DNA of 64,000 bases from Bdellovibrionota bacterium (GTDB lineage Bacteria; Bdellovibrionota_C; UBA2361; SZUA-149; CAZDWZ01), in contig JAXLVP010000001.1 of NCBI GenBank assembly GCA_046328905.1, forward strand, positions 46,731 to 110,730, given 5' to 3'. Shown here piece after piece: positions 55,665 through 64,000 of the stretch. Numbering within the stretch: position 1 is the stretch's first letter; each line of letters opens with the position of its first letter. Both the position numbers and the translations under genes were made by a program. The notes beneath the pieces are model-generated. The model saw only the letters and a program-made list of their open reading frames with translations. It made no database searches and was not told the DNA's origin.

Positions 55665-57257
55665 ATGAGGATTATTGAAGTGTTGCCGCCGGTAACGGCT
55701 GCCGAAGGCGAGCAAAATCGTGTCGAGCGGGTGACAGAGCCCGCGCTGATCTCGGAGAAGTTCAGTGCTCTTCTGGGCGATGAGTCGAAAGTGCGCGCTG
55801 AATCCGTACTGTCGATTGTTCTCCCGAAAACGGATGCCGAGGTGTCCCTAGCGCTTGCCGAGAATACAGCGGGTGGTCAGGCGACCCGTTTGAGCGGCGC
55901 TCGAACCGGACTTGCCGCAGGCGCTGTGCCCGAACCGTCGGAACATCTCGTTTCGCTCGAGAGGCTCAAATCTATCGGAGAAGTAAAAGAGGATCCGACA
56001 ACCGGAGAGCGCTCGATTCGAGTGGGGGCGGGGGTTACCCTGAATGAGCTCAATCAGCATCTTCGCGATTCAGGCTGCGGATACTATTTTCCGGTTGATC
56101 CGACAGAAACTTGGGCGGCGTTGGGAGGAATGACTGCGACGAACGCTTCCGGTGCGCGATCGTATCACTACGGTGCGATGCGAAACTGGATCCTCGCGCT
56201 CGACCTTGTGCTCATTGATGGGAGCCGCTTTTCCATCCGGCGAGGCGAACAGTCGGTGGTGAATGGAGAGCTGCAGTTCTCTTTTCGTGGAGAGCGCCGC
56301 ACGCTTCGCGCAGGGACGATTCCGAAACCGCCCACCAAAAATACACTCGGCTATTCATACGCTGAAGGCCTAGACGCGATCGATGTTTTCATCGGGTCCG
56401 AAGGGACGCTTGCAGCATGCACGGGAATCGAGCTGCGCCTTGCGAAGCTGCCGGAAAATCGCTTGTATTACCTACAGTTCTTCTCCTCTGATGAGTCGGC
56501 CCTTGCTTTCGTCGCTGCCGTTCGCTCGCGTAGAGGGCTTCGCTCGCTTGCAATTGAGTTTCTCGACCGGAAGTCGCTCGAATTAGCGAAGACCGGACCT
56601 TCCGGAGCCAAGAATGCGCCGGCACAAATGGTAACAGACGATACTGCGGCGGCGGTCTATCTCGAAATCGAATATACGAGTGACGACGATCTGGGTGAGG
56701 CCTACGGTGTGCTTGAAGAGCTACTCGCCGATTTCGGAGCAGACTCCAGCGCTTCGTTTGCAGGAATAACCGAGAGAGAGCTGGCGGAGCTGAAAACGTT
56801 TCGACATGCAGTTCCCGAGCACATCAATTCGATAATCGCGAAGCGGAAGAACGAAATTCCCGCGCTGCACAAAATTGCAACGGATATGGCAGTGCCTGAT
56901 TCGGAGCTCGAGAACGTTTACCGCCTTTATCGATCCCGTTTGGACGCTCTGGGCCTCGAGTACGCGATCTTCGGGCACGCCGGGAACAATCATTTTCACG
57001 TTAATATTCTCCCGCGTTCGGCCGAGGAGCTTGCGAAAGCGAAGGCAGTCTATCTCGTGTTCGCTGACGAGGTCGTTCGGGCCGGGGGCGCCGTCGCCGC
57101 GGAACACGGCATCGGCCGCTTGAAAAAGCACTTTCTTAAAATACAATACGGCGCTAGTGCTCAAAGCGGTCCGCTCGCCGAGATGGCTGCCATCAAGCGT
57201 TTCTTTGATCCAAATACCCTGCTCAATCGCGGAGTACTTTTCGATTATGCACAGTAA
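55665..57257 (+). CDS. FAD-linked oxidase (GlcD/D-lactate dehydrogenase family)
   Basis: FAD-binding PCMH domain (…VLPKTDAEVSLALAENTAGGQATRLSGARTGLAAGAVP…) and C-terminal FAD-oxidase domain. Start ATG 55665 after aggga RBS. Confidence 0.8.
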   Translation: MRIIEVLPPVTAAEGEQNRVERVTEPALISEKFSALLGDESKVRAESVLSIVLPKTDAEVSLALAENTAGGQATRLSGARTGLAAGAVPEPSEHLVSLERLKSIGEVKEDPTTGERSIRVGAGVTLNELNQHLRDSGCGYYFPVDPTETWAALGGMTATNASGARSYHYGAMRNWILALDLVLIDGSRFSIRRGEQSVVNGELQFSFRGERRTLRAGTIPKPPTKNTLGYSYAEGLDAIDVFIGSEGTLAACTGIELRLAKLPENRLYYLQFFSSDESALAFVAAVRSRRGLRSLAIEFLDRKSLELAKTGPSGAKNAPAQMVTDDTAAAVYLEIEYTSDDDLGEAYGVLEELLADFGADSSASFAGITERELAELKTFRHAVPEHINSIIAKRKNEIPALHKIATDMAVPDSELENVYRLYRSRLDALGLEYAIFGHAGNNHFHVNILPRSAEELAKAKAVYLVFADEVVRAGGAVAAEHGIGRLKKHFLKIQYGASAQSGPLAEMAAIKRFFDPNTLLNRGVLFDYAQ

Positions 57258-58299
57258 GCTCACTCCGACCTTCTCGCTGCTTGGACTCGCAATCCTATTC
57301 TGGAGCGCCGCTGCCGGCCTGAGCAGTCAGCTGGGAGCTCCGAAGGGGGCGGCGGGCGGTTCGTCACACGGCGGAAAAGCCGCCGCCGTTGCGCTGAGCG
57401 ACGATCTCAAAGCGCTGAAAGCGGATGCCGACGCTCATCCGGACCGAACGGATGCGCGCTTGAATTTTGCGAATGCGGCCAGAGAGGAAGCCATCCAGAA
57501 AACAGATAACGGCCTGCTGATGGAAGCAGTGCAGGCATACACTGCGGTCCTGGCCAAAGAGCCGAACCAAACTCAGGCGCTGCTCGGTCTCGCCTCGCTC
57601 TGCTTCGAGGCCGGCATCATGGACAAGGCTCAGGAGTACTACCGCCGCTATTTGCAGCTCAAGCCCGACGACCTTCGCGTGAAGACGGATTACGCGCTCT
57701 CCCAGATCCAAACGGATGCGCTTGACGACGCGCTCGTTACGCTGAACGAGGTGATTAACAAAGACCATTCAATCTTCCAGGCGCATCTCGCTGTCGCCCT
57801 GGTCTACAAGCTGCAAGGAAAGACGGACGAAGCGAAAGCGAAGGCGGACGAAGCGAAACGTCTTGCACCATCTGACGCCGACCGAGCGAGAATCGATGAG
57901 TTCCTCACTTCGCTGACAGCGAAGGCGGCAGCCGGACAGCAGAGGGCGGAGCTCCCGCCGTCAGCGATTCCGGGAACACCTGGTGGCGAAGAGGGGGAGG
58001 GATCGATCGCTCCGGAGGATCTGTCTCCGGCAGGGATGGTATCGCAGTTCTTCGCCAGCCATCCGATAGTCGGCCCCAAGCTCAAAGGGATTGCGTGGCC
58101 GGAGCTCAACACGGCGATTGTTCGCCTGGAGAACTTCCCAGTAGACCAGATGCCGCCGTTTGCCCGCGAAAAATTCCTCGGCTCGATGAAGCAGAAGTTA
58201 TCGGGTCTGCCGAACAAGGTTACGGTCAAGCTCGTGGACGCTGATTCGGGCGCGGAGCTTCTGACGGTAGAGGCGGGAGGAGAGAAGCCGGCGTCCTAG
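57247..58299 (+). CDS. secreted tetratricopeptide-repeat protein
   Basis: Signal peptide MHSKLTPTFSLLGLAILFWSAAAGLSS. TPR-like repeats (AVQAYTAVLAKEPNQTQALLGLASLCFEAGIMDKAQEYYRRYLQLKPDD...). Start overlaps oxidase stop by 11 nt. Confidence 0.6.
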   Translation: MHSKLTPTFSLLGLAILFWSAAAGLSSQLGAPKGAAGGSSHGGKAAAVALSDDLKALKADADAHPDRTDARLNFANAAREEAIQKTDNGLLMEAVQAYTAVLAKEPNQTQALLGLASLCFEAGIMDKAQEYYRRYLQLKPDDLRVKTDYALSQIQTDALDDALVTLNEVINKDHSIFQAHLAVALVYKLQGKTDEAKAKADEAKRLAPSDADRARIDEFLTSLTAKAAAGQQRAELPPSAIPGTPGGEEGEGSIAPEDLSPAGMVSQFFASHPIVGPKLKGIAWPELNTAIVRLENFPVDQMPPFAREKFLGSMKQKLSGLPNKVTVKLVDADSGAELLTVEAGGEKPAS

Positions 58300-58466
58300 C
58301 CGTTATCGTCGTTCGCCGGCCTTGCGGTTCGTCGCGGTGTACGTAAACGTACCATTGAACCTGAGCCGGATATGGTACAATTCTCCGTTGGGCCTCCTCG
58401 CATTTCTTGAGCCGCGAGCGGAATATCCATCATCTGTGGAAGTAGGCTAAAATTCGAGAGATTTCA

Positions 58467-59111
58467 GTGGCTACGGGCGAATCGAGAAACTATCCGGACG
58501 AAGTGTTGCGTTTGATCGAGCGAATGCGCGCGATCCCGGTGATTCACGAGATCCTGGAGCAGCTTTCTGCGAAGCTTCCTTCAAACCTGCGCTACCACTC
58601 TGCCGAGCACACTATGGACGTGTTTTCGGAGGCGATGTACTTCGCGTACACTGATCAGCTCTCTGCTCGAGATGTCGAGCTTCTTGCGGTTGCAGCAGCC
58701 TTCCATGACGCTGGATTCCTCGTGCGCAGTGACAACAATGAGCCCGTCGGCGCCGAGATGGCGGTAGCGGCGATGCGTAAAGCGGGGGAATACGCTCCGG
58801 AAGAGATCGAGCTTGTGCGAACGATGATCCTCGATACGCAGCTCCTTCAAAACGGTAAGGGATATTCCGAGCGGCCGAGCAGTCACTTGTCGCGCTACCT
58901 GCTCGACGCTGATTTGAGCAATCTTGGCCGGGAGGACTTCATGGACAAGATGTCTCTGCTCGGCCAGGAATTCGGTGTGAACGGAGAGAAGCAGATGGCC
59001 GAGAGCTTTCAGCTTCTCAAGAATCACTGTTGGCTGACACCCGCGGGCAAGTCGCTCCGCGAGGCGCAAAAAGCTTCGAACGTGGAATCGCTCCGTCGGC
59101 GCATGTCCTAG
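58467..59111 (+). CDS. HD domain-containing metal-dependent phosphohydrolase
   Basis: YHSAEHTMDV ... AAAFHDAGF (H...HD...D pattern). Confidence 0.6.
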   Translation: MATGESRNYPDEVLRLIERMRAIPVIHEILEQLSAKLPSNLRYHSAEHTMDVFSEAMYFAYTDQLSARDVELLAVAAAFHDAGFLVRSDNNEPVGAEMAVAAMRKAGEYAPEEIELVRTMILDTQLLQNGKGYSERPSSHLSRYLLDADLSNLGREDFMDKMSLLGQEFGVNGEKQMAESFQLLKNHCWLTPAGKSLREAQKASNVESLRRRMS

Positions 59112-59186
59112 AAAACATCCGGGCGCTGGTTTCGCCTCGCCGCAATCCCCATCTCAACGCTGCGCTCGTTATTGCCCCCCGAGCGT

Positions 59187-60086
59187 CTATAGCTTTCGTT
59201 TATCGAGCACGCTGAGGATCTGGTAGTTCTTGGCCCAGCGCGCCCAATCCTTCGGCGTAAAGCCGTTTTTCGCGACGCTGTTCGCGTTTGCCCCGTGCCC
59301 CATGAGAAGCTTCGCACCCTCGAGACAGTTCGTGCGCGCCGCCCAAGCGAGTGCCGTGTCGCCGTTTTGGTCGCTCAAGTTGACCTCAGCGCCGCTGTCG
59401 AGAAGCGTTGCGAGCTGATTCACATTGCAATTCGCCGCTAACTCGAGCAGCGGCGGTTTGCTCTGAGGCATCCATCGTTCGGCCGCCTCGGTTGGCGACA
59501 ATTTGGGTTTGGTCGCAGCGTTCGCTACCGTCCGGTAATCGCCGAGCTCCCGACGAGCTCCTCCCGGCACTGATGAAGAGAATGCCGCTTTGGTGATCTG
59601 CACCGGCGCCGGATAACCGACAAGGGCTACGAGCAGAACGCTCAACCCCACGGTGCAATACGCCATGTAGCGGCCTACCTTCGTGATCAGCCGCTCCTGA
59701 TAGCGGCGTTTCGGTTGGGCCTGCTCTTCCCACACTCGATGAACGCTGCTCTGCTCATGCGCTCGGGGCGGAGGCCGATGAACATGTGAATTACGGAAGC
59801 TTTCCCAAGCGCTGCCTTTGCCGACCTCGGTGTGAACTCCGGAAGCGGAGCTCAGGTAGTCGGAACGTTTGAGGTGCTGGGTTTTTCGGTAATGGCGGCG
59901 GAGCTGACGAACAGCTTCGTTCAACCGCTTGCTCTTGTCTTCCGCGCGCAGCCGAAGGGTTTCGTCGTGAGCAAACCGATCAGGATGCCAGACCTTGATC
60001 AGATCGCGATACGCTTTCGTGACTTCGTCCCACGAGGCGCCCTGCGGCAATTCAAGAACGTCGAGGTGCTTTTGCAGATCTCTCAT
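59187..60086 (-). CDS. J-domain protein with central TM helix and C-terminal ankyrin repeats
   Basis: N-terminal LDVLELPQGASWDEVTKAYRDLIKVWHPDR (HPD). TM YCTVGLSVLLVALVGYPAPV. Ankyrin-like GDTALAWAARTNCLEGAKLLMGHGANAN. Confidence 0.7.
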   Translation of the reverse strand: MRDLQKHLDVLELPQGASWDEVTKAYRDLIKVWHPDRFAHDETLRLRAEDKSKRLNEAVRQLRRHYRKTQHLKRSDYLSSASGVHTEVGKGSAWESFRNSHVHRPPPRAHEQSSVHRVWEEQAQPKRRYQERLITKVGRYMAYCTVGLSVLLVALVGYPAPVQITKAAFSSSVPGGARRELGDYRTVANAATKPKLSPTEAAERWMPQSKPPLLELAANCNVNQLATLLDSGAEVNLSDQNGDTALAWAARTNCLEGAKLLMGHGANANSVAKNGFTPKDWARWAKNYQILSVLDKRKL

Positions 60087-60385
60087 GACAACGAACCGAA
60101 CGCCGAAAAATAGACCTGGGGACCGCAGTGCAGTGTTCTAAGTGGTATCGTCAACTTGCGGAAAACACTTGAGTTTTATCGGGCGTTTCGAAGCGGATAT
60201 TTGAACGTTGTAAGTGCGGAGAACCGCTCCTTTTTGTGGACGGCGAACGAACATTCGAGAAAACGGCTGTCGGAGATTTCGTCGATCTGCCAAGCATCGA
60301 ATTAACTGCAACGATTCTCGCCGAGAGCGGCAAGAATACTTTTGGCGCCCGGGGCGCCGGATCGAAAATGCTGGAGAAGGTTGCT

Positions 60386-61633
60386 ATGAATCTGCCACGC
60401 TTCAAACGTCTCGCTCTGTCTGTTTTGCTGATCTTTGCGTTCCTGTGTGTTGGTTGTGCGGCCGGTGACGGCGACTCGAGCGACGACAACGTCGGATCAG
60501 ATGGAGGAGGGAACGTCGATACCGGCGGTGGCGATACCGCGTCCAATCCACAGGATAGCTCGTCGTCCTTTTCCGGGGCGAAGGACCTCGACGCATTTAT
60601 TACGTCTACGATGCAGACGGGACACATCCCCGGCCTTGCGATTTCAATCGTGAAGGGAGACGAGGTACTTTACAGCAAGGGTTACGGACTTGCCGACATC
60701 GCGTCGAGCACTCCGGTTTCAACCGATACAGTCTTTCTTCTGGCGTCGGCATCGAAAGCCGTTACTGCCGTGGGCGTAATGCAGCTCGTGGAGATTGGGG
60801 GACTTAAGCTCGACGATGACATTAGCAGCGCGCTGACGTTTTCCGTCCGCAATCCGAACTTTCCTGATGTTCCAATAACGGTGCGCCAGCTTCTCGCTCA
60901 CGTGTCTGGGGTGCAGGATGATGTCGATCTTCTCGATTCGCTATCGGTCGACGGAGATTCGCCGATACCTCTGGCAGATTTCGTGCGCGGCTATTTTCTT
61001 CCAGGGGGCGTTTACTACAACGCCGCGCACAATTGGCTGACTCGAGCGCCGGGAACAAAATACCAGTTCACTGATTCAGCCTTCGCGCTCGCAGGCTACA
61101 TCGCCGAGTCGGTGAGCTCACGTTCGTTCGCAGATTATGCGAGGCAGGCGATATTCCGTCCGCTGGGGATGAGCAACACGTCTTTCACTCTGAGTGGTTT
61201 GAACGGAACCGCGAAGCTGGCGACACCCTACCACTTCAACGGGCAGTCTTTTGTTGCGCTCAACCAATACGGTTTCCCCGACTATCCCGACGGTTTGGTG
61301 CGCACATCCGCTCGCGATCTTTCCCGGTTTCTGATCGCGCTCATAAACGGCGGCAGCTTTCAATCGAGTAAGATACTGAGTGGGTCGTCGGTGAGTGAAA
61401 TCGAGCGAATCCAGTTCCCGCTCATCAATCGAAGCCAGGGAATCGGTATGTACTACAAGTCCTTCGGTACGACGCAGTTGTTCGGGCATGGCGGAGAGCA
61501 TCGAGGAGCGAGCGCCGAGATGTTTTATGTCCCGAGCAGCAATGTCGGTGTTCTCTTGCTGGCCAATGTCGACGGTGTGGGCGATTCGCTGCTCGGCATC
61601 GAGCAGCGAATGCTCCAGCTCGCGGGAAGCTAG
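60386..61633 (+). CDS. serine hydrolase, beta-lactamase/PBP4*-like family, lipoprotein
   Basis: MNLPRFKRLALSVLLIFAFLCVGC lipoprotein signal after ggagaagg RBS. SxxK active-site motif ASASKAVTAVG. Gly/Asp/Ser-rich linker. Confidence 0.75.
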   Translation: MNLPRFKRLALSVLLIFAFLCVGCAAGDGDSSDDNVGSDGGGNVDTGGGDTASNPQDSSSSFSGAKDLDAFITSTMQTGHIPGLAISIVKGDEVLYSKGYGLADIASSTPVSTDTVFLLASASKAVTAVGVMQLVEIGGLKLDDDISSALTFSVRNPNFPDVPITVRQLLAHVSGVQDDVDLLDSLSVDGDSPIPLADFVRGYFLPGGVYYNAAHNWLTRAPGTKYQFTDSAFALAGYIAESVSSRSFADYARQAIFRPLGMSNTSFTLSGLNGTAKLATPYHFNGQSFVALNQYGFPDYPDGLVRTSARDLSRFLIALINGGSFQSSKILSGSSVSEIERIQFPLINRSQGIGMYYKSFGTTQLFGHGGEHRGASAEMFYVPSSNVGVLLLANVDGVGDSLLGIEQRMLQLAGS

Positions 61634-61685
61634 CGCCGCCGATGATCCCTTCCATCAGACGCCGCAGTGACTTCGTAGAGATATC

Positions 61686-62540
61686 ATGATTGTCTTTCGT
61701 ATTGCAGCGCTGATTTTGACCTGTCTCGCCTTTGTCGTCTTGACGCAGGATCTTCAGCTCTTTCCGGTCGCTGCGGCTTCGCTTCTTCCTCGCTCACTGC
61801 AGCGTCCTACCGTTGTGCCGCCGCGCGTGAAAAGCTCGTTCATCGAGACCGAAGATGGAAAGAGGCTCGAAGTCTGGCGGCTCCCTGCGGCTGAGGGCGT
61901 GCCCCCAGTTCCCTACGTAGGACCGGTCTTCCACGGGAATGGAGACTCACTCGATGGCTTCTTCTTTCTTCATCAGTGGTTCTCGAAGCTCGGCATGGTG
62001 AGCTATGGCTTCGACTATCGTGGATATGGGCGCAGCAGCGGTTGGCCGAGCGAGCTTGGTCTTGTCCGTGATGCAGATGCGGTCTGGGACTATGTTATCA
62101 CTCAGGAACGTGCGGAGCCGTCGCAAATGGTCGTATTCGGCTATTCCATCGGAGCTGCGCCTGCCGCGAGAATCGCCAGCTTACACGACGTGAAGCTTCT
62201 GATTCTGGAATCTGCCTTCACCGACGTCCGGCAGACCATTCGAGAGCAGCCGCTTGTGCGGTTTCTGGCGGCGTTTGCCTGGTATCGTCTACCTACTTCG
62301 GAATTTGTCTCACAGCTGCAGGCTACGGACTTAATTCTTGCACACGGCCAAAAAGATACGCTAGTGCTCCCGTATCATTGCGATAAATTACGCGAGCGGT
62401 ATCGCGGGTCGGGCTCGGTCGAAAAAATTACTTCCGTTGAGGCCGGTCACAATGATTTATTTTTCGATATTCGGGATCGGCTCACCGCAGCGGTGCGACG
62501 GTCGTTGGCAATCGACGAGACGGATGAACGAGCGGAGTGA
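61686..62540 (+). CDS. alpha/beta hydrolase
   Basis: N-terminal TM/signal. Nucleophile elbow GYSIGAAPA. HG region PVFHGNGD. C-terminal His (AGHNDL). Confidence 0.7.
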   Translation: MIVFRIAALILTCLAFVVLTQDLQLFPVAAASLLPRSLQRPTVVPPRVKSSFIETEDGKRLEVWRLPAAEGVPPVPYVGPVFHGNGDSLDGFFFLHQWFSKLGMVSYGFDYRGYGRSSGWPSELGLVRDADAVWDYVITQERAEPSQMVVFGYSIGAAPAARIASLHDVKLLILESAFTDVRQTIREQPLVRFLAAFAWYRLPTSEFVSQLQATDLILAHGQKDTLVLPYHCDKLRERYRGSGSVEKITSVEAGHNDLFFDIRDRLTAAVRRSLAIDETDERAE

Positions 62541-62543
62541 GCT

Positions 62544-63224
62544 GTGAGCGCAGTGCAAGCAATTATTTTCGACCTGGACGGCACGTTGACGAACACGATG
62601 CCCTTCCACGCACGCGCATGGCAGCTTGCCTTTCAGAAGCGGCATGGTGTGAGGGTGGAGTCCTTAGAGGCTTATCTCCACGAGGGGGAAAAGGCCGAAG
62701 AATTCGGAAAGTATCTTTACAAGAAATACTTGAACCGTGATGGCAAGCCGGAGGAGCTCGCCGAGATAACCGAGTTCTACAAGCGAGAGCTCGCGGCGAT
62801 TTTTGTATTGCGCTTTTTCCCAGGCGCGCTCGAGCTTGTCAGCCTCCTGGTGAAGAAGGGGTACCGGCTCGGTTTGGTCTCCGGCTCCAAAAGTGTTCAT
62901 ACGCTCTTTGGAGAGCACATCGGCCACCTTGAAGCTTTCGCTGCAGTTGTGAGCGGTGACGACACCTCGATCGGCAAGCCAGCTCCCGATCCGTATCTTC
63001 GCGCGAGCGAGCTGCTCCAAATTGCCCCGAGTGAATGTCTCGCGATTGAGAATGCGCCGTTCGGGATCCGCTCTGCCGTGGCGGCCGGGATGCAGTGTTG
63101 GGCAGTCCTCAATGATTCGCCCGTCCCAGGTGAAGAGCTGCTTGCTGCCGGCGCGACGAAGCTCCTCGAGCAAATTGCGGACCTCGCCGGTCAACTTCCA
63201 GCACGCGACGGGGCGTCCGCCTAA
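62544..63224 (+). CDS. HAD-superfamily hydrolase, subfamily IA
   Basis: Motif I IIFDLDGTLTNT, motif II LVSGS, motif III/IV ...K...VSGDD. GTG start. Confidence 0.75.
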   Translation: MSAVQAIIFDLDGTLTNTMPFHARAWQLAFQKRHGVRVESLEAYLHEGEKAEEFGKYLYKKYLNRDGKPEELAEITEFYKRELAAIFVLRFFPGALELVSLLVKKGYRLGLVSGSKSVHTLFGEHIGHLEAFAAVVSGDDTSIGKPAPDPYLRASELLQIAPSECLAIENAPFGIRSAVAAGMQCWAVLNDSPVPGEELLAAGATKLLEQIADLAGQLPARDGASA

Positions 63225-63286
63225 GGGGAAGCTCCGTCGGTGCCGAATATACCGGCGTCTGATTACTACGATCAGGGCTGGTCAGA

Positions 63287-63772
63287 TTAGCGTTCGTCAA
63301 TCATCTTTCGCTTAATAATCGCGTCCAGGCTGAATTTCCCGGGGCCGGCGATCAGCAGCCAGAACAACATGCACAGATAATAGACCGGGATCTCGACGCC
63401 GTGCTTCACGCGCTCGATGACCTCGTCTGCGTTCCGAACGGTTTCGCATGCCGCCCAACCGTCCGGTAGGTGTACCGTTTTGATCGCGACAAGCATTATG
63501 ACCATCATCGGAATCGAGATGAGCCGCGTCGCAAGCCCAAGTATCATGAGCACAACACCCGCACACTCGGTGCTTACAGCCATGATTGCGTTGAGCTTCG
63601 GGAACGGTATGTGAAGCGTCTCACCGAACCAAACCACGATGTCGTTGAAATGGGTCGCTTTCTCCATGGCGGGGCCGTAAAAGCCGTATGCCAAAATGAA
63701 CCGGAAAAGAAGTGGGGGCAGATCGGCGAGCAGCTGCAGCTTGGAGATAAAGAAGAGATAGAGACGTTTCAT
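63287..63772 (-). CDS. DoxX family membrane protein
   Basis: Four TM helices with the DoxX-like pattern (…LRFILAYGFYGPAMEK…TVHLPDGW…). aagg RBS 8 nt upstream of ATG 63772. Confidence 0.7.
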   Translation of the reverse strand: MKRLYLFFISKLQLLADLPPLLFRFILAYGFYGPAMEKATHFNDIVVWFGETLHIPFPKLNAIMAVSTECAGVVLMILGLATRLISIPMMVIMLVAIKTVHLPDGWAACETVRNADEVIERVKHGVEIPVYYLCMLFWLLIAGPGKFSLDAIIKRKMIDER

Positions 63773-63813
63773 AGAATGCCTTGGGTCATGCAGCCGGAAC
63801 GACTGCGCTGAAA

Positions 63814-63860
63814 CGTTCGCGGAGCGAACGCCTAGAATGCCGCAGGCGCAAGCCTGCGGC
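63814..63860 (-). promoter_or_regulatory. two GC-rich hairpins in the 96-bp spacer between the Cys-rich peptide gene and doxX (candidate attenuator/processing site)
   Basis: Seen in sequence, minus-strand sense: gccgcaggc-ttgc-gcctgcggc (9-bp stem) then cgttcgc-tcc-gcgaacg (7-bp stem). No clean U-tract. Confidence 0.35.
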
Positions 63861-63868
63861 AGAAGAAG

Positions 63869-64000
63869 CTATTTACCGCTCCCACATTTCCCTTCGCCAC
63901 ACTTCCCTTCGCCTTTCGGTGACGGGGTAGGAGAGGGCTTCGGCTTCTTATCGCCGCCGCACTTGCCTTCGCCGCATTTTCCATCACCCTGTTCGTGGAT
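63869..64000 (-). CDS. C-terminal 43 aa of a Cys-rich EGKCG-repeat peptide (HvfA/bufferin-like RiPP precursor candidate); partial, continues past right edge
   Basis: Minus-strand translation ...IHEQGDGKCGEGKCGGDKKPKPSPTPSPKGEGKCGEGKCGSGK* (stop = plus 63869-63871). Four G-K-C-G units. Not in ORF track because N-terminus lies outside window. Confidence 0.5.
   Translation of the reverse strand: MHEQGDGKCGEGKCGGDKKPKPSPTPSPKGEGKCGEGKCGSGK

Noticed and set aside
62664-63194. 176-aa minus-strand ORF
   Set aside because: Antisense to the HAD hydrolase, which has the DxDGT motif I on the plus strand.

Overview
This 64 kb window is a high-GC (about 58-60%), gene-dense chromosomal segment from a Gram-negative-type bacterium. 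It carries LPS/lipid A genes and many lipoproteins, and the strand switches frequently. No rRNA, CRISPR array, transposase or integrase was recognised.

Most of the window is housekeeping. From the left, it reads:
- the N-terminal third of an NAD-specific glutamate dehydrogenase (partial, minus strand, missed by the ORF track because it has no in-window stop), then asmA, hisG and a TrpR-like YerC/YecD protein;
- a lipid A block: Gfo/Idh/MocA oxidoreductase, lpxB, msbA, waaA;
- an NAD block: glutamine-dependent nadE, then a fused eukaryotic-type NMNAT/NAD kinase;
- rpoZ-rel, pssA, and an envelope island of three lipoproteins plus a CPBP protease;
- an Rrf2 regulator coupled to a Cys-rich DUF318 permease, then a hybrid sensor kinase;
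- a lower-GC island holding about 800 bp of non-coding DNA and an orphan Dam-family methyltransferase;
- two J-domain membrane proteins, a TMEM175-like protein, DedA, a PLD-family protein, and an ECF sigma/anti-sigma pair flanked by two CpxP/Spy-like proteins ending at tRNA-Ala(GGC);
- M23 peptidase, recN, a lone nuoA next to tRNA-Arg(TCT), a membrane Ser/Thr kinase with two coupled secreted proteins, an FAD-linked oxidase, several hydrolases, and DoxX.

The most interesting signals are:
- At the right edge, a partial minus-strand gene encodes an EGKCG-repeat Cys-rich peptide. It is followed by two hairpins and a DoxX gene. This resembles HvfA/bufferin-type RiPP metallophore loci but lacks the usual adjacent modification genes.
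- Directly 3' of tRNA-Ala sits a 730 bp AT-rich non-coding island containing 2.1 copies of a 125 bp tandem repeat.
- The NMNAT-NAD kinase fusion.
- The low-GC orphan methyltransferase island.

Many long antisense ORFs in the six-frame track are artefacts of the high GC content and are rejected below.
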